In this document: positions 38,098 through 48,795 of the stretch, in pieces
Layout of the letters: each line of letters opens with the position of its first letter
Numbering within the stretch: position 1 is the first letter of the stretch
DNA from: an uncultured Actinomycetes bacterium
Lineage (GTDB): Bacteria; Actinomycetota; UBA4738; HRBIN12
Direction: 5' to 3'
DNA length: 64,000 nt
Assembly (NCBI GenBank): GCA_963704885.1
Contig: CAVPIB010000001.1
Span: 608,001 to 672,000, forward strand
Program-made: the position numbers and the translations under genes
Notes under the pieces: model-generated
Told to the model about the DNA's origin: nothing
Database searches by the model: none
What the model saw: the letters and a program-made list of their open reading frames with translations, nothing else

Positions 38098-39705
38098 TCA
38101 GTGGCACGGGATCGGTCCACCCTGATCGCGGACCGCTCCGCTGCGATCGATGAACGCCCACGAGTAGGAGTCGACATCGAGCGTCAGCAGCAATACGCCC
38201 CAGGCATCATCGCCTGAACCGAGGCGTACCTGCGAGGACGCCACTGGCGTATTGAACCCGTTCAGCCCGGTGCCTCCGGTGCCGACGATGAACAACCGCA
38301 TCCCGCCGATCTGAGCGAAGCGCTCGTAGCCGTGGTCGTGCCCCGAGAGCCAGATATCAACGCCCGCTGCCGCAGCGATGCCCCAGACGGGGTCCATACG
38401 CGAGACCGACCCGCCGCCGCTTGAAGACGAGTAGCGCGGGTGGTGCCCGTAGACGAGGTCGCAGGTGTGCGTATCGGCTGCGAGGTCGTTGGAGAACCAC
38501 GTCGTCTGCTCACTGCCCGACTCGATGCCCGGTTGATCCTCGGCGGTGTTGCCGCCTGAAGCGGCACCGTTCGGGTCGTCCGTGTCGAGCGCGACGAGAT
38601 GCCAGTCACCCAGGCCGAACGAGTAGTACAAGTTCCCATCCGCGAACAAGCCGCGCGATGCGAACTCCGCTCGGTAGCCCTCCGCCCCTGCTCCGTTCGT
38701 CGTGTCGTTGTACTCGTGGTTGCCGACGGCCGGGTAAGTGATCGAGTAGAACGATGAGGCGTTGTCTATCCCCCAGGCGTCACGGTACCCACCCGAGGAG
38801 ATGAACTCCGTTGCCGTCCCTGACTCGTACGCGAGGTCTCCGAGCGGCAGGACAGCGTCGGGGTCGAGCGCGATGATGAGGTCGCCCGTCTGCGCGCACC
38901 GCGTGCGCCCGGCCGACGTGAGGTTGCAGATGTCGCCCGCTGCAGCCACGGTGACCCTACCCGGCGGAGGCGGAGGTGTGGGAGAGGGCGTCGGTGAGGG
39001 GGATGGTGAGGGTGAAGGCGACGGTGAAGGGGACGGCGAAGGAGAAGGATACGGCGAGCTATCTGAGATCGCTAAGTTGTCGTAGGCACTTCCACCGTCG
39101 TCCTCGTTCGATGCGATGTGCAGCCGGAATCCTGCGTAGGTCGAGGACCCGAACGCTGTGAGGTCTTGCGACGACAGCGTGTAGCTGATGGGGGACAGGT
39201 TGCCAACCGTCATGGTCACGACGTTGCCACTTCGAGCACACGTCACGTGATACGTGCCACCGTTCACGAGACCGGCGTTGCGGATGGAGACGAGTTGGGA
39301 CGTGACGATGCTATTCGACCGACGACCGATGGCGACGAGGCCGTTCGGGTTGGTATCGGTGACCTCGATCTTGCAGAACAAGTTGTTGGTGTAGTTCCTG
39401 GCCATGAGGGCGAGTCCAGCGTTGGCGCGTTCATCTGTCGCCGACAGCGTGATATCTGCTTCGACGCTCACCTGGGTCGAGCCTGCGTTCACCGTGGCGA
39501 GCGCCGTCGTGGAAGCGTACTGGCCGGTGAGGAGCCGGGCTTGGCTCGAGCGGATGCCCCACGTCGAACTCGTGACGATCCATGGGCTACCGAGCGTGTT
39601 GGCATCTGGTCTGTCGAAGCCATCCGTCATGATGGTGGCTGCCCGCACGGGGAGCGCGAATACGAGGGCGGACAGGGTGACTACGGCTGCCAGTACCCTG
39701 CGCAC
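38098..39705 (-). CDS. Secreted calcineurin-like metallophosphoesterase with N-terminal beta-sandwich domain
   Basis: AAGD, LGDLAY, GNHE, HHP, SGHDH motifs; signal peptide; Pro-Ser linker. Confidence 0.88.
   Translation of the reverse strand: MRRVLAAVVTLSALVFALPVRAATIMTDGFDRPDANTLGSPWIVTSSTWGIRSSQARLLTGQYASTTALATVNAGSTQVSVEADITLSATDERANAGLALMARNYTNNLFCKIEVTDTNPNGLVAIGRRSNSIVTSQLVSIRNAGLVNGGTYHVTCARSGNVVTMTVGNLSPISYTLSSQDLTAFGSSTYAGFRLHIASNEDDGGSAYDNLAISDSSPYPSPSPSPSPSPSPSPSPSPTPSPTPPPPPGRVTVAAAGDICNLTSAGRTRCAQTGDLIIALDPDAVLPLGDLAYESGTATEFISSGGYRDAWGIDNASSFYSITYPAVGNHEYNDTTNGAGAEGYRAEFASRGLFADGNLYYSFGLGDWHLVALDTDDPNGAASGGNTAEDQPGIESGSEQTTWFSNDLAADTHTCDLVYGHHPRYSSSSGGGSVSRMDPVWGIAAAAGVDIWLSGHDHGYERFAQIGGMRLFIVGTGGTGLNGFNTPVASSQVRLGSGDDAWGVLLLTLDVDSYSWAFIDRSGAVRDQGGPIPCH
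38962..39056 (-). repeat. Coding low-complexity (Pro-Ser)n linker
   Basis: SPYPSPSPSPSPSPSPSPSPTPSPTPPPPP from degenerate 6-bp units. Confidence 0.8.
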
Positions 39706-40004
39706 CTAGGCCACCTCCCCTTCCGTATCGCTTCGACCCTTGGGGGCGCGCCTGGCGCGAGGGTGATAGCACTCGACCTTCGTGTTCGTTTCGCTTGGGG
39801 TGAGCCCGATCGGCCACCCAGTCGCAGCATACGCGAGCGACGACGCCGGGGGAAATGCTGTGGTGGCGGATAAGAGCCAAGTTGTTGGTCTCGGACATTT
39901 CTCGCCCGAAGCTAACGCGAGGCCTTGTCACGATCTGGTCGCCTAACGGAGACTGGATCGTATTCGGGCGCAGCTCCTGAAGCTGCCCCGGCCGACGGTT
40001 GTCG

Positions 40005-40433
40005 CTACGGACCTGGAAGCAGGCCCAGCTGTCCCATCGCGCCCATCATGTCGTAGACACCGTAGTGCTCGGTGTTCATGCCGGCGTCATCGAACGTGAA
40101 GACGTCGATCGCTCCCATCCTGAAGGACTTCCCCGTCGGGGGCATCCCAGGCATGAAGCCCTCGGTGTCGGTGCCCGTCATGGTGCTGCGGACCGCCACC
40201 TTGCTGCCTGACGCGATCACATCCTCGACCTCGATGTGCATGTCGGGCGTCTGCTGACGCATCATGTTGAACATCGCGATCGCGCCGGCCTTGTCGGCCG
40301 TACCGCCCGGCATCGGCGTGCGCTCGACGTAGGACTCGGACAGCGTCTTCTCGGCGAACCCGATGTCGCCCTCGTTCAACACCTTCTGGATCAGCTCTTT
40401 GACGGTGGCGGCGTTCTCTTCAGGCGTAGACAT
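40005..40433 (-). CDS. SnoaL-like ester cyclase
   Basis: EENAATV, PDMHIEVEDVIASGSKVAVR, GMPPTGK, MGQLG. Confidence 0.88.
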   Translation of the reverse strand: MSTPEENAATVKELIQKVLNEGDIGFAEKTLSESYVERTPMPGGTADKAGAIAMFNMMRQQTPDMHIEVEDVIASGSKVAVRSTMTGTDTEGFMPGMPPTGKSFRMGAIDVFTFDDAGMNTEHYGVYDMMGAMGQLGLLPGP

Positions 40434-40438
40434 AACCC

Positions 40439-40879
40439 TCACATCCCCTCCGGAGCCGGCATGGCCCCGAGCTGGACCATCATCTTCGGGATATCCATCT
40501 GTGCCCAGGTTTCCTGGATCATCCCGTCGTCTCCATGACGTGAGATCTGGATCCAGTCGAAGTCGACCGTCTTACCGGTCGCGGGCATCCCTCCCATCGG
40601 CATGTCTCCATCGTTCGTCCCCGTCATCCGCACGTGCGAGACGACGTTGTTCCCGTCGCCGAAGATCTCGAGGATCTCCGTGTCTTTGTCGGAGAACATC
40701 TGGAACGTGCCTTCGTTCGCTATGATCGCGCCCTCGACCCCGGGGGGCAGTGGCCCTGGCTGCGGCGTGTTGGCGACGAAGTCAGCCGCGACGCACGCGC
40801 GGACGGTGTCGTAGTCGCGCTGGTTGTAGGCCTGCTCGAGCCGTTCGACCAGCTCGATGTTGCGTGCGACATCACTCAT
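40439..40879 (-). CDS. SnoaL-like ester cyclase
   Basis: NIELVERL, MTGTNDG...MPATGKTV, MMVQLG. Confidence 0.88.
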   Translation of the reverse strand: MSDVARNIELVERLEQAYNQRDYDTVRACVAADFVANTPQPGPLPPGVEGAIIANEGTFQMFSDKDTEILEIFGDGNNVVSHVRMTGTNDGDMPMGGMPATGKTVDFDWIQISRHGDDGMIQETWAQMDIPKMMVQLGAMPAPEGM

Positions 40880-40957
40880 GGGACCCTCCCCGTGGATCGG
40901 TGTCCTCCGAAGCTACGACGGGTGGTCCGTTAGCGCAAGGTCGGGCTCGGAGAACGT

Positions 40958-41179
40958 TCAGTGACCGCCGCACATGCAGCTGCCGCCGCAGGCGCAGCCG
41001 CCGCCCGATGGCGCGGAGCTGCGGAACCCGCCGCTCGACGTCGAGGCCGCGAACATCGAGATCCGGCGCATCACATGGTCGGACTCGCAGGTCGGGCAGG
41101 CCGGGGAGTCATCGCTCATGGAACGGAGCCGCTCGAACAGCGACCCGCACGCCGAGCATTCGTACTCGTACAGCGGCAT
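40958..41179 (-). CDS. FmdB-family zinc-ribbon protein
   Basis: MPLYEYECSACG...CPTC; Gly/Cys tail. Confidence 0.9.
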   Translation of the reverse strand: MPLYEYECSACGSLFERLRSMSDDSPACPTCESDHVMRRISMFAASTSSGGFRSSAPSGGGCACGGSCMCGGH

Positions 41180-41219
41180 GCGGGAAGTGTACGTGCCGGG
41201 GACGACGTGCCGCCGAGTC

Positions 41220-41597
41220 TTAGCCCCAGCTCTTGGGGTTGCGCCCCGCCACCTTGACGGTGCGCTGCTGGCCCTTGCCGTGCGCGGTGCCGTTCCCTTC
41301 TCCCACCCAAGTCCCGTCGCCAGGCACGAAGCCGGTCACGATTATGGGTGGGTGTCCGTGGAGGTCGAACGTGGCCCGGAAGAGGGTCCTCCCAGGTCGA
41401 TTGGTCGGGGTCTCCTCGATCGTGACCGCACCGAGTTCCTCGCCGCGCTCCCAGTCACCGGTCAGCTCCCAGACCTTCTCGTCGCTGAAGACCCTTTGGC
41501 CCGGGCCGGCCTCTTCGAGGGTCCTGCCCGAGGACACGCGTTCGTCGCTCAGGACTGGGAAATCGTAGATCGGTATCCGCCCACCCTCATCCACCAC
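41220..41597 (-). CDS. Hypothetical beta-rich protein
   Basis: GAGGAGG RBS; plausible codon usage; no recognised family. Confidence 0.55.
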   Translation of the reverse strand: MVDEGGRIPIYDFPVLSDERVSSGRTLEEAGPGQRVFSDEKVWELTGDWERGEELGAVTIEETPTNRPGRTLFRATFDLHGHPPIIVTGFVPGDGTWVGEGNGTAHGKGQQRTVKVAGRNPKSWG

Positions 41598-41687
41598 GGC
41601 TGGCCTCCTCGCAACGGTTGGCGCCGACCCACCCTACGCGCGGTCGCCGGGGCGAAGCAAGGGTCGACCTGACCTAGACTTCGGTCC

Positions 41688-44600
41688 ATGCCCGTCTGCG
41701 GGTCCTGCGGTCAGGGAAACCCCGCGCGAGCACGATTCTGCATGTCGTGCGCGTCGCCGCTGGCTGTCGAGGAGCAGGGCCCCGGCGCCCGCAAGACCGT
41801 GACCGTGGTGTTCTGCGACGTCGAGGACTCCACCCCGCTCGGCGACCGCTTGGACCCCGAGTCTGTCCGCCAGGTCATGACGAGCTTCTTCCGCGAGATG
41901 CGCAAGGCGCTCGAGCGCCACGGCGGCACCGTGGAGAAGTTCATCGGCGACGCCGTGATGGCGGTGTTCGGCGTTCCGCTCTTGCACGAGGACGATGCGT
42001 TCCGCGCGGTGCGCGCGGCGCAGGCCATGCGCGAGGCGCTCGACGGTTTGAACGCCGATCTAGAACGGCGGTTCGACGTCCGGCTGCAGACGCGTATCGG
42101 TGTGAACACCGGCGAGGTCGTGGTGGGCGATGCCTCGGCCGGTCAGGCGCTCGTCGTCGGCGATGCGGTGAACGTTGCGGCTCGGCTCGAGCGGGCGGCG
42201 GGCGCAGGCGAGATCCTCCTGGGGCCGGCGACGCACGCGCTGGTCCGCGACCACGTGGTCGCAGAGGTGACGGCACCGCTGGAGCTGAAGGGCAAGGCCG
42301 GAACGCTCGTCGCGTACCGACTCGCGTCTATCGGGCCGGGGCCCGACGAGATCGGCAGCCGGCCCGTTCCCCCGTTGGTCGGTCGCGAACACGAGCTCGA
42401 GACCCTGCACTCCGCGTTCGACCAGGTTGTGGATGAGCGCTCTTGCGCCCTCGTCACGATCCTGGGTCCGGCCGGGGTGGGGAAGTCCCGCCTGGCTCGG
42501 GAGTTCGTGCCGAGGACCCAACCCGATGCGCTGGTGCTCCGGGCCCGTTGTCTCCCGTACGGCGATGGCATCACGTTCTGGCCCGTGGCGGACCTGGTGA
42601 AGCAGGTGAGCGGGGTCGCCGATGACGAAGATCGAGGCGACGCGCGCTCGAAGATCGAGGCTGCGATGGCAGGCTGCCTCGACGGCACCCTCGTCGCCAC
42701 GCGCGTCTCCGGCGTGACCGGGTTCGCCAAAGCCACCGCCGGGCTGCAGGAGACCTTCTGGGCTATCCGGCGGTTCCTCGAGTGGGCCGGCCGCGACCGG
42801 CCCCTCGTCGTGATCCTCGACGACGTGCAGTGGGCCGAGCCCACCTTCCTCGACCTCGTCGAGTACCTCGCGGGATGGAGCCGTGACGTCGCGATGCTGC
42901 TCGTGTGCATCGCGCGTCCGGATCTGATGGACGAGCGCCCTACCTGGGGGAGCGGCGTCGTCAACGCCTCAGTCCTTCCGCTGGGTCCTCTCGATGAGCG
43001 CGAGAGCGAACTCCTCGTCTCCGAGCTGCTCGGGGGCGCTCGGCTGGACGAGCGGGTCTTCGCCCGGATCTCCGAGTCCGCCGACGGCAACCCGCTCTTC
43101 CTCGAGGAGATGCTGCGCATGCTCGAGGACGATGGGTTGCTCCGCGCGGGACGAAGGGGGGCGGGTCGCGACAGCGGACCTCGGCGAGATCCGGGTTCCT
43201 GAGTCGATCCAGGCCCTGCTGAGTGCGCGGTTGGATCGGCTCTCGCAGGAAGAGCGTCTGGTTATCCGCTCCGCGGCGGTGATCGGCAAGGTGTTCTGGT
43301 GGGGCGCTGTTGCCGAGCTCACCCCCGAGTCGCTCCGACCGGGTGTGGGGGGTGCGCTCCAGACGCTGGTTCGCAAGGACCTGATCCATCCGGAGGCCTC
43401 GACGTTCGCGGGAGAGGACGCCTTCCGCTTCCACCACATCCTTATCCAGGAGGCCGCCTACCGCGGCACCCCGAAGGAGGCACGTGCAGAGTTGCATGAG
43501 GCCTTCGCGAAGTGGTTGGAAAGGGTCGCGAGCGATGGCGTCGCCGAGCTGGACGAAGTGATCGGCTTCCACCTGGAGCAGGCCCATCGCTACCGCTCCG
43601 AGCTCGCGCCCCATACCGCCGGCGATGGCGACTTGGCGACCCGCGCCGGACTGCGACTCGCCTCCGCCGGGATCCAGGCGTCCGAGCGCCGCGACGTCCC
43701 CGCCGCGGCCGACCTGCTCGGACGGGCCACCACGCTGCTCCCGGCCGAGCATCCCGAGCGGCGAGCAGCCCTGCTGGCTCTCGGTGAGGTGCTGGGCGAG
43801 GCGGGCGACTTCGGACCGGCCGAGGCCGCTCTGGAGGAAGCTGGATCCCTCGCATCCGCAGCCGGCGATCAGGTCACCGAGGCCAACGCCGCGATCCTGC
43901 GGCTGTTCCTGCTCGAACACACGGACCCGAAGCACCCGACCGTTGACGTGCTGGCTGAGGCCGAGCGGCTGATCGCCACGCTCGACGCCCTGGGAGACGA
44001 CCTCGGTCTGGCCAGAGCGTGGCGCCTGGTCGGGGACCTGCACTGGAACCATGCGCACTACGGCGCGGCCGGAGACGCGTTGGAACGCGTGATCGAACAC
44101 GCGCGCCGCGCGGGGGCGACGCGCGAGGAGGCCGATGCATTGGGTCGCTACGCGGGCGCGGGTACCTACGGACCTGCGCCCGCCGAGGAGATCGAGCGGC
44201 GATGCGACGAGCTACTCGCAAGGACAACGGGCTCGGGGCACGAAGCGCCCGCCTTCCGAGCGCTCGCGTGGGTCCGAGCGATGCAGGGGCGGTTCGACGA
44301 GGCTCGCGAACTGGCCAGGCGGGCCCGCGCCATCTTCGAGGACCTAGGGCTCCGCATGCGGGCTACGTTCGTGGCCGAGACGGCCGGTGCGATCGAGATG
44401 CTCGCTCGAGACGCAGACGCCGCCGAGCGCGAATGGCGCGCGGGCCTCGACGCGGCCGACGAGATGGGGGAGCTGGGTTTCCAGTCCACGATCGCGGCGA
44501 TGCTCGCCCATGCGCTCCTCGAGCAGGGCCGCCTGGATGAAGCAGAGGAGATGGTCTCGCTCAGCGACCGCACCGGGGCAGAGGACGACGTGAGCACCCA

Positions 44601-44877
44601 GGTGCTCGGGCGCAGCGCCCGGGCTCGCGTTCTCGCCGCCCGAGGGCGGACCGAGGAGGCCGAGCCCGTCGCGCGCGAAGCCGTCGAGTTGTCCGAGGCG
44701 ACCGACGACCTGAACATGCGCGGCGACACGCTGGTCGACCTTGGCGAAGTGCTGGCTGCGGCCGGCGATCGCGAGGGTGCTAAAGCGGCGTTCGCCTCGG
44801 CGCTGGATCTCTACGAGCAGAAGGGGAACGCGGCCGCGGTCGAAGTCACCCGGCGCCGTCGGGCAGCGCTCGAGTGA
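41688..44877 (+). CDS. Zinc-ribbon - class III cyclase - AAA ATPase - TPR protein, frameshift near 43146
   Basis: CxxC...CxxC; VFCDVEDST, KFIGDA, GDAVNVAAR, GPAGVGKS, GNPLFLEE; continues as VPESIQALLSARLDRL in the +1 frame. Confidence 0.88.
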
Positions 44878-44980
44878 AGTGTCCGGGTCAAACGGACATC
44901 CACAGATAGTGACCGTTGTCACGGAGATCGCTCTTGGGGATCGCTTAGCTCCTCGTGATTTCACGAAGGAGGTCGGTTCC

Positions 44981-45457
44981 GTGGGTCAATCGAAGCCGTG
45001 TTGGGTCTTGCTGATAGCTCGGGAAATGCAGGTTCACATACCGCCCGAGCTGTACACCAGCCTGGATCAGGCGGAGGACGAGGCCAGACGCTGGCTCTCC
45101 ACGTTGTTCTCCTGGAAGCCCACCTCGAAGCGAGTGTCCACGTCCGGGACTCTGCAAGTGGGGCGCCGCTTCGTCCTGCACATGGTCAGTTTCGATTTCC
45201 CCGATCCCTGGCGAGCAGGCTCACTGTGGCTCGGGGCGGAGTGGACTGCGAGGTCCTACCCGCGAATGCGTACAGAACTTCTTCCCACGGATGCAGACGG
45301 GGCACGAAGTTGGGTTTCCGTCAGACTCTCGCGACGCATGGCCCCTGTTCGGACCTCGCCGTGGTGCTACTCAGGGCGGTATGAGTTGGGTAGCAGCACT
45401 CGTTACGTGACGGCTGGCAGGATCAAGCGCGTGTGTGGTCCTTGGACTGGGGCGTGA
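44981..45457 (+). CDS. Hypothetical protein
   Basis: AAGGAGG RBS before GTG 44981; stop abuts gmrSD stop; atypical codon usage. Confidence 0.5.
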   Translation: MGQSKPCWVLLIAREMQVHIPPELYTSLDQAEDEARRWLSTLFSWKPTSKRVSTSGTLQVGRRFVLHMVSFDFPDPWRAGSLWLGAEWTARSYPRMRTELLPTDADGARSWVSVRLSRRMAPVRTSPWCYSGRYELGSSTRYVTAGRIKRVCGPWTGA

Positions 45458-45458
45458 T

Positions 45459-47210
45459 TCAGATCCCCCATACGTCTGCTGCGATCTCGAGGAGCATCTC
45501 TTCGCGGATCGCAACCTCCTTGCCGCTCCAAGTCGAGAAGGGGCGAAGCCCGTAGCGGTCGGCCGTCTTCTTCGTCTTGTCTTGCTTACCGAGCGAGATA
45601 TCCACGACGAGGGACTTCGTCAGCTCGAAGTCGGACTTCTCATAGAGAGTGGCCTTCTGCTGGAAGGGTTTGTTGCGCGCAATTGCATTCGGTCCACCGT
45701 AGAGCAGCGTAAGGTTGCCGAGTCGGTATGTTGCCTGAGCTGATCCGGTGCCGAAGGCATCCAGGGCCTCCTCGCTCGGCCTTTGCGGCAGAATGTGTTC
45801 GATAGTGACGCCCCTCTTGAAGTACTTGAAGAAGTCGTCGTCCTTCCCGCACGCAACCTCGATGTGATGAGTCAGTTTGGCGAGGATGTACTTCAGGAGA
45901 CTCGATCCGACTTGATTCGTCTGAGCCAAGCTCTCTCGCGCCGTCGGAGCTACCTCGCTAGTCTTCCGTCTCAGCTGGGCGAGGAACCGTGCGAAGTCGT
46001 CAGAACTCTTGACCTCTCTCAACATGCCGCACCAGCCCGGCAACGCCTGCTCAATATCGTTCCACTGGGCGCCCGCCAGCGTGTATGCAAGCACCAGCGC
46101 CTCCACATGGCGTGCAAGTTCGGTGAACTCCGATTGTGTTCGGCCGGCACCGGCCATGAGCAGCGGAAGGTACTGACTGACACCTGTCCGCTGATACCGT
46201 ATGCCCATCAGGTGGAGGTTCTCGTCCTCCCAGGGATCAAGGCCAAGTCGGATGTTGATGTAATCCTGAGATGCCTGGGCCAATTCCTTGGCGAATCGAA
46301 GTGGATTGTTCGAGTAGCGGATCGCGTCGTCATGATCAAGGATCCATTGGAAGAGCTCGCTAGCCTTTGGCATCTTGGGGAAGTCATAGGTCGCGACAAG
46401 GTGATACCTGAGGAAGCGGAGTGGTCGGCGCTCACCACCCTTCCTAAGTGTCGCGAGGACGTGCTCCCAAGTGGCTACTAGTTCTGAGTGCTGGCTTTCT
46501 GGCGCCTCTCGAAAAAGCAGGTTCTTTAGCAGGTCCATCGCGTTGAGGACGACACCGCGATAGTTGAGCACCTCGAAGATCGTCAAGGCGCTCTGGAAAT
46601 CCCCGCTCGTAACCCGGATCAACTCCAGGTTGAGTAGAACAAACGCATGGAACTTCTTGATGCCTGCTTCGTTATCTTCGCCGAACCTCTCGATGAGGAA
46701 CTGCCGACACAAGCGGTAGGCATCCAGGAGCGGTCTTCCCACATCAGCCTTCCCCAGGTCGAGGCTAGCGACGTGGCCTTCACCGATTGCGTGGAGCACT
46801 TTGTTGCTCGGTTTGTACCGAAGCTCCATGCGATGTCGCAGCACGGTATTGCCTGAAGGATCGATGTCTGTGTCGAGGATCGCCTTGTCGAGAGTCGCGA
46901 CGTTTGCATCCTCGCTGAAGTCCTTCAAGCGATCTCGAACTGCACAGAAAAGCAGGTACAACGTGGTCAGCCGTTGCTGTCCATCGACGATGGCGAGGCT
47001 CTTGCCATGATCAGTCTTGAAGACCACGATGCTGCCTAAGAAGTAGTTATCCTCGTCGCCGGATTCATAGGCTCCGTAGATATCCCAGAGAAGCTGGTCT
47101 ACCTGTTTCTGTCGCCAAACGAACTCGCGCTGGAAGTCAGGGATGACGTAGAACGACGCAAAGACATCCTTCGCGGGCATCGCCTCCGTCTTTTCAATGA
47201 CTATCGACAT
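45459..47210 (-). CDS. GmrSD-family DUF262-DUF1524 (HNH) endonuclease
   Basis: IPDFQREFVW, YFLGSIV, VDGQQRLTT, FEVLNYRG...DLLKN, TIEHILPQ, LGNLTLL...N; GGAGG RBS. Confidence 0.9.
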   Translation of the reverse strand: MSIVIEKTEAMPAKDVFASFYVIPDFQREFVWRQKQVDQLLWDIYGAYESGDEDNYFLGSIVVFKTDHGKSLAIVDGQQRLTTLYLLFCAVRDRLKDFSEDANVATLDKAILDTDIDPSGNTVLRHRMELRYKPSNKVLHAIGEGHVASLDLGKADVGRPLLDAYRLCRQFLIERFGEDNEAGIKKFHAFVLLNLELIRVTSGDFQSALTIFEVLNYRGVVLNAMDLLKNLLFREAPESQHSELVATWEHVLATLRKGGERRPLRFLRYHLVATYDFPKMPKASELFQWILDHDDAIRYSNNPLRFAKELAQASQDYINIRLGLDPWEDENLHLMGIRYQRTGVSQYLPLLMAGAGRTQSEFTELARHVEALVLAYTLAGAQWNDIEQALPGWCGMLREVKSSDDFARFLAQLRRKTSEVAPTARESLAQTNQVGSSLLKYILAKLTHHIEVACGKDDDFFKYFKRGVTIEHILPQRPSEEALDAFGTGSAQATYRLGNLTLLYGGPNAIARNKPFQQKATLYEKSDFELTKSLVVDISLGKQDKTKKTADRYGLRPFSTWSGKEVAIREEMLLEIAADVWGI

Positions 47211-47228
47211 GTGTCCTCCAGCGAACCC

Positions 47229-47669
47229 TCAGTCTGGAACCTCGACAACGAAGCGGAACATGCGTCTCTGTTGCGAAGGGTCCAGGGACTCGTACCACCT
47301 CGTGACGTACCACATGCCCCAGAAGCGATAGCGACGAGGTATCTCCGGGAGTACCTCGAACACGTGGACAGGACTCCTGGTCTCATGCGCACGGAGCAGC
47401 CCGAGATTCCATCTGTTCCATTGTTGGTCGCCCGGTGGACCACCCTGTCCGGTGTAATCGAGAGAATGTCCGCGCGAGATCCACGCGTCGTGGTAACCCC
47501 AATCCTCGTTCTCATGCGGGCGGAAGCGAATGGAGACGGCGATATCGCTTCCGCTGGGCACATAGATGCCTTTGTAGAAGTCCTTGTGGACTGTTCGAAA
47601 CTTGGTGGTGCCTACAAGTTGGCCCGGTTCGAGGGTCACGACCAGAGGATCCGTAGCAGCCTGCCTCAA
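47229..47669 (-). CDS. Stand-alone SRA/YDG-like modified-DNA reader domain (start uncertain)
   Basis: KGIY, YHD, DYTGQGG..GDQ, RWNLGL, PVHVF, YRFWG, FRF ordered as in SRA domains; no nuclease domain. Confidence 0.7.
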   Translation of the reverse strand: MRQAATDPLVVTLEPGQLVGTTKFRTVHKDFYKGIYVPSGSDIAVSIRFRPHENEDWGYHDAWISRGHSLDYTGQGGPPGDQQWNRWNLGLLRAHETRSPVHVFEVLPEIPRRYRFWGMWYVTRWYESLDPSQQRRMFRFVVEVPD

Positions 47670-47670
47670 G

Positions 47671-48701
47671 TCAAGCTTGATTGTTCGGGAACTCCCCCTT
47701 CACGCCGAGCAGCCTCACTTTCCGCTCCAGCTCGAACCGGTCCAGCGCCGCGAGTGCTCCCGCTTCGATCGTCTCGAGACCGAGAGTGTCGGCTCCTCCA
47801 GCTTCACGCTCCGCTGCTTCGTGATGAACGGGACGAACCGCACCTTCACGATCACGCGGATCACGGGGCGGCCGTCGCGCTCGAGGTCCTCCATCAGCTC
47901 GTGGGTCAGGCGCACGAGTTCGCGGCGGATCTCTTCGGGGTCCTCCAGGTCCTGTTGGAACGTGCGTTCGCGGCTCACGCCCTTCGGGACCCACGGCTCG
48001 GCGCTCACGTGTGAGCCGCCCTCGCCGGTCGCGAGCTCTCGCAGCCACGGGCCGGTCTTCGGGCCGAACGCCGACGCCAGCCGCGACTCGTCGGTCGCCG
48101 CGAGCTCCGACACCGTTCTGATGCCGAGCGACGCGAGCTTCCGCGCGGTCTTCGCGCCGATGCCCCACAGCGCGTCGGTGGGGAGCGCGCCCATCACCTG
48201 ATTCCAGTTCTCGCGGGTCAGGCGGAACACGCCGCGCGGCTTCGCGAACCCGCTCCCGAGCTTCGCGCGGAGCTTGGTGTCGCCGACCCCGATCGAGCAC
48301 CACAGCTCGGTCCGCTCCAGCACCGCCGCCTGCACGTCGCGCGCGAACGCCTCGGGGTCGTGGGCCTCGATCGCCATGAACGCCTCGTCCCACCCCCACA
48401 CCTCGACCACCGCCGGGAACGACCGGAGCACGTCCATCACCAGCTTCGAGGCCTCGTCGTATGCGGGTCCGTCGACGGCCAGGAACACCGCTTCGGGGTT
48501 CCGCTTGTACGCGGTGCGCAGCGGCATCCCCGAGCCGATCCCGAACTTCCGCGCCTCGTAGTTCGCGGTCGAGACCACGCCGCGCTTCGTCGGGTCGCCG
48601 TCGCCGCCTACGACCACGGGCTTGTTGCGCAACTCCGGCCGGCGGAGGATCTCGACCGCCGCGATGAACTCGTCCATGTCCACGTGCAGGATCGCGTCCA
48701 T
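47671..48701 (-). CDS. dinB: DNA polymerase IV, frameshift near 47787
   Basis: LHVDMDEF, STANYEAR, GWDEA, LWGIG; C-terminus ALDRFELERKVRLLGV lies in a second frame. Confidence 0.9.
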
Positions 48702-48795
48702 CCGGACAGGATGCTGCAATGGAGGGACCTCTGACCGTTGATACTCTCGCGGTCTGCGTGAAAGGTCCGCGCGACCTGACTAGCCCGGAGGTCTG

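Noticed and set aside
39790-39925. c-di-AMP (ydaO) riboswitch-like fragments TTGGGGTGA and GCTAAC
   Set aside because: Elements are incomplete, in the wrong order, and on the strand opposite to both flanking genes
43140-43165. Programmed ribosomal frameshift in the cyclase-ATPase gene
   Set aside because: No canonical slippery heptamer at the break; other indels in the window favour sequencing error
45459-47210. SspE of a phosphorothioate (Ssp) system
   Set aside because: Same domain pair, but no sspABCD/dnd genes in the window; the distant cysH is a housekeeping reductase next to sat
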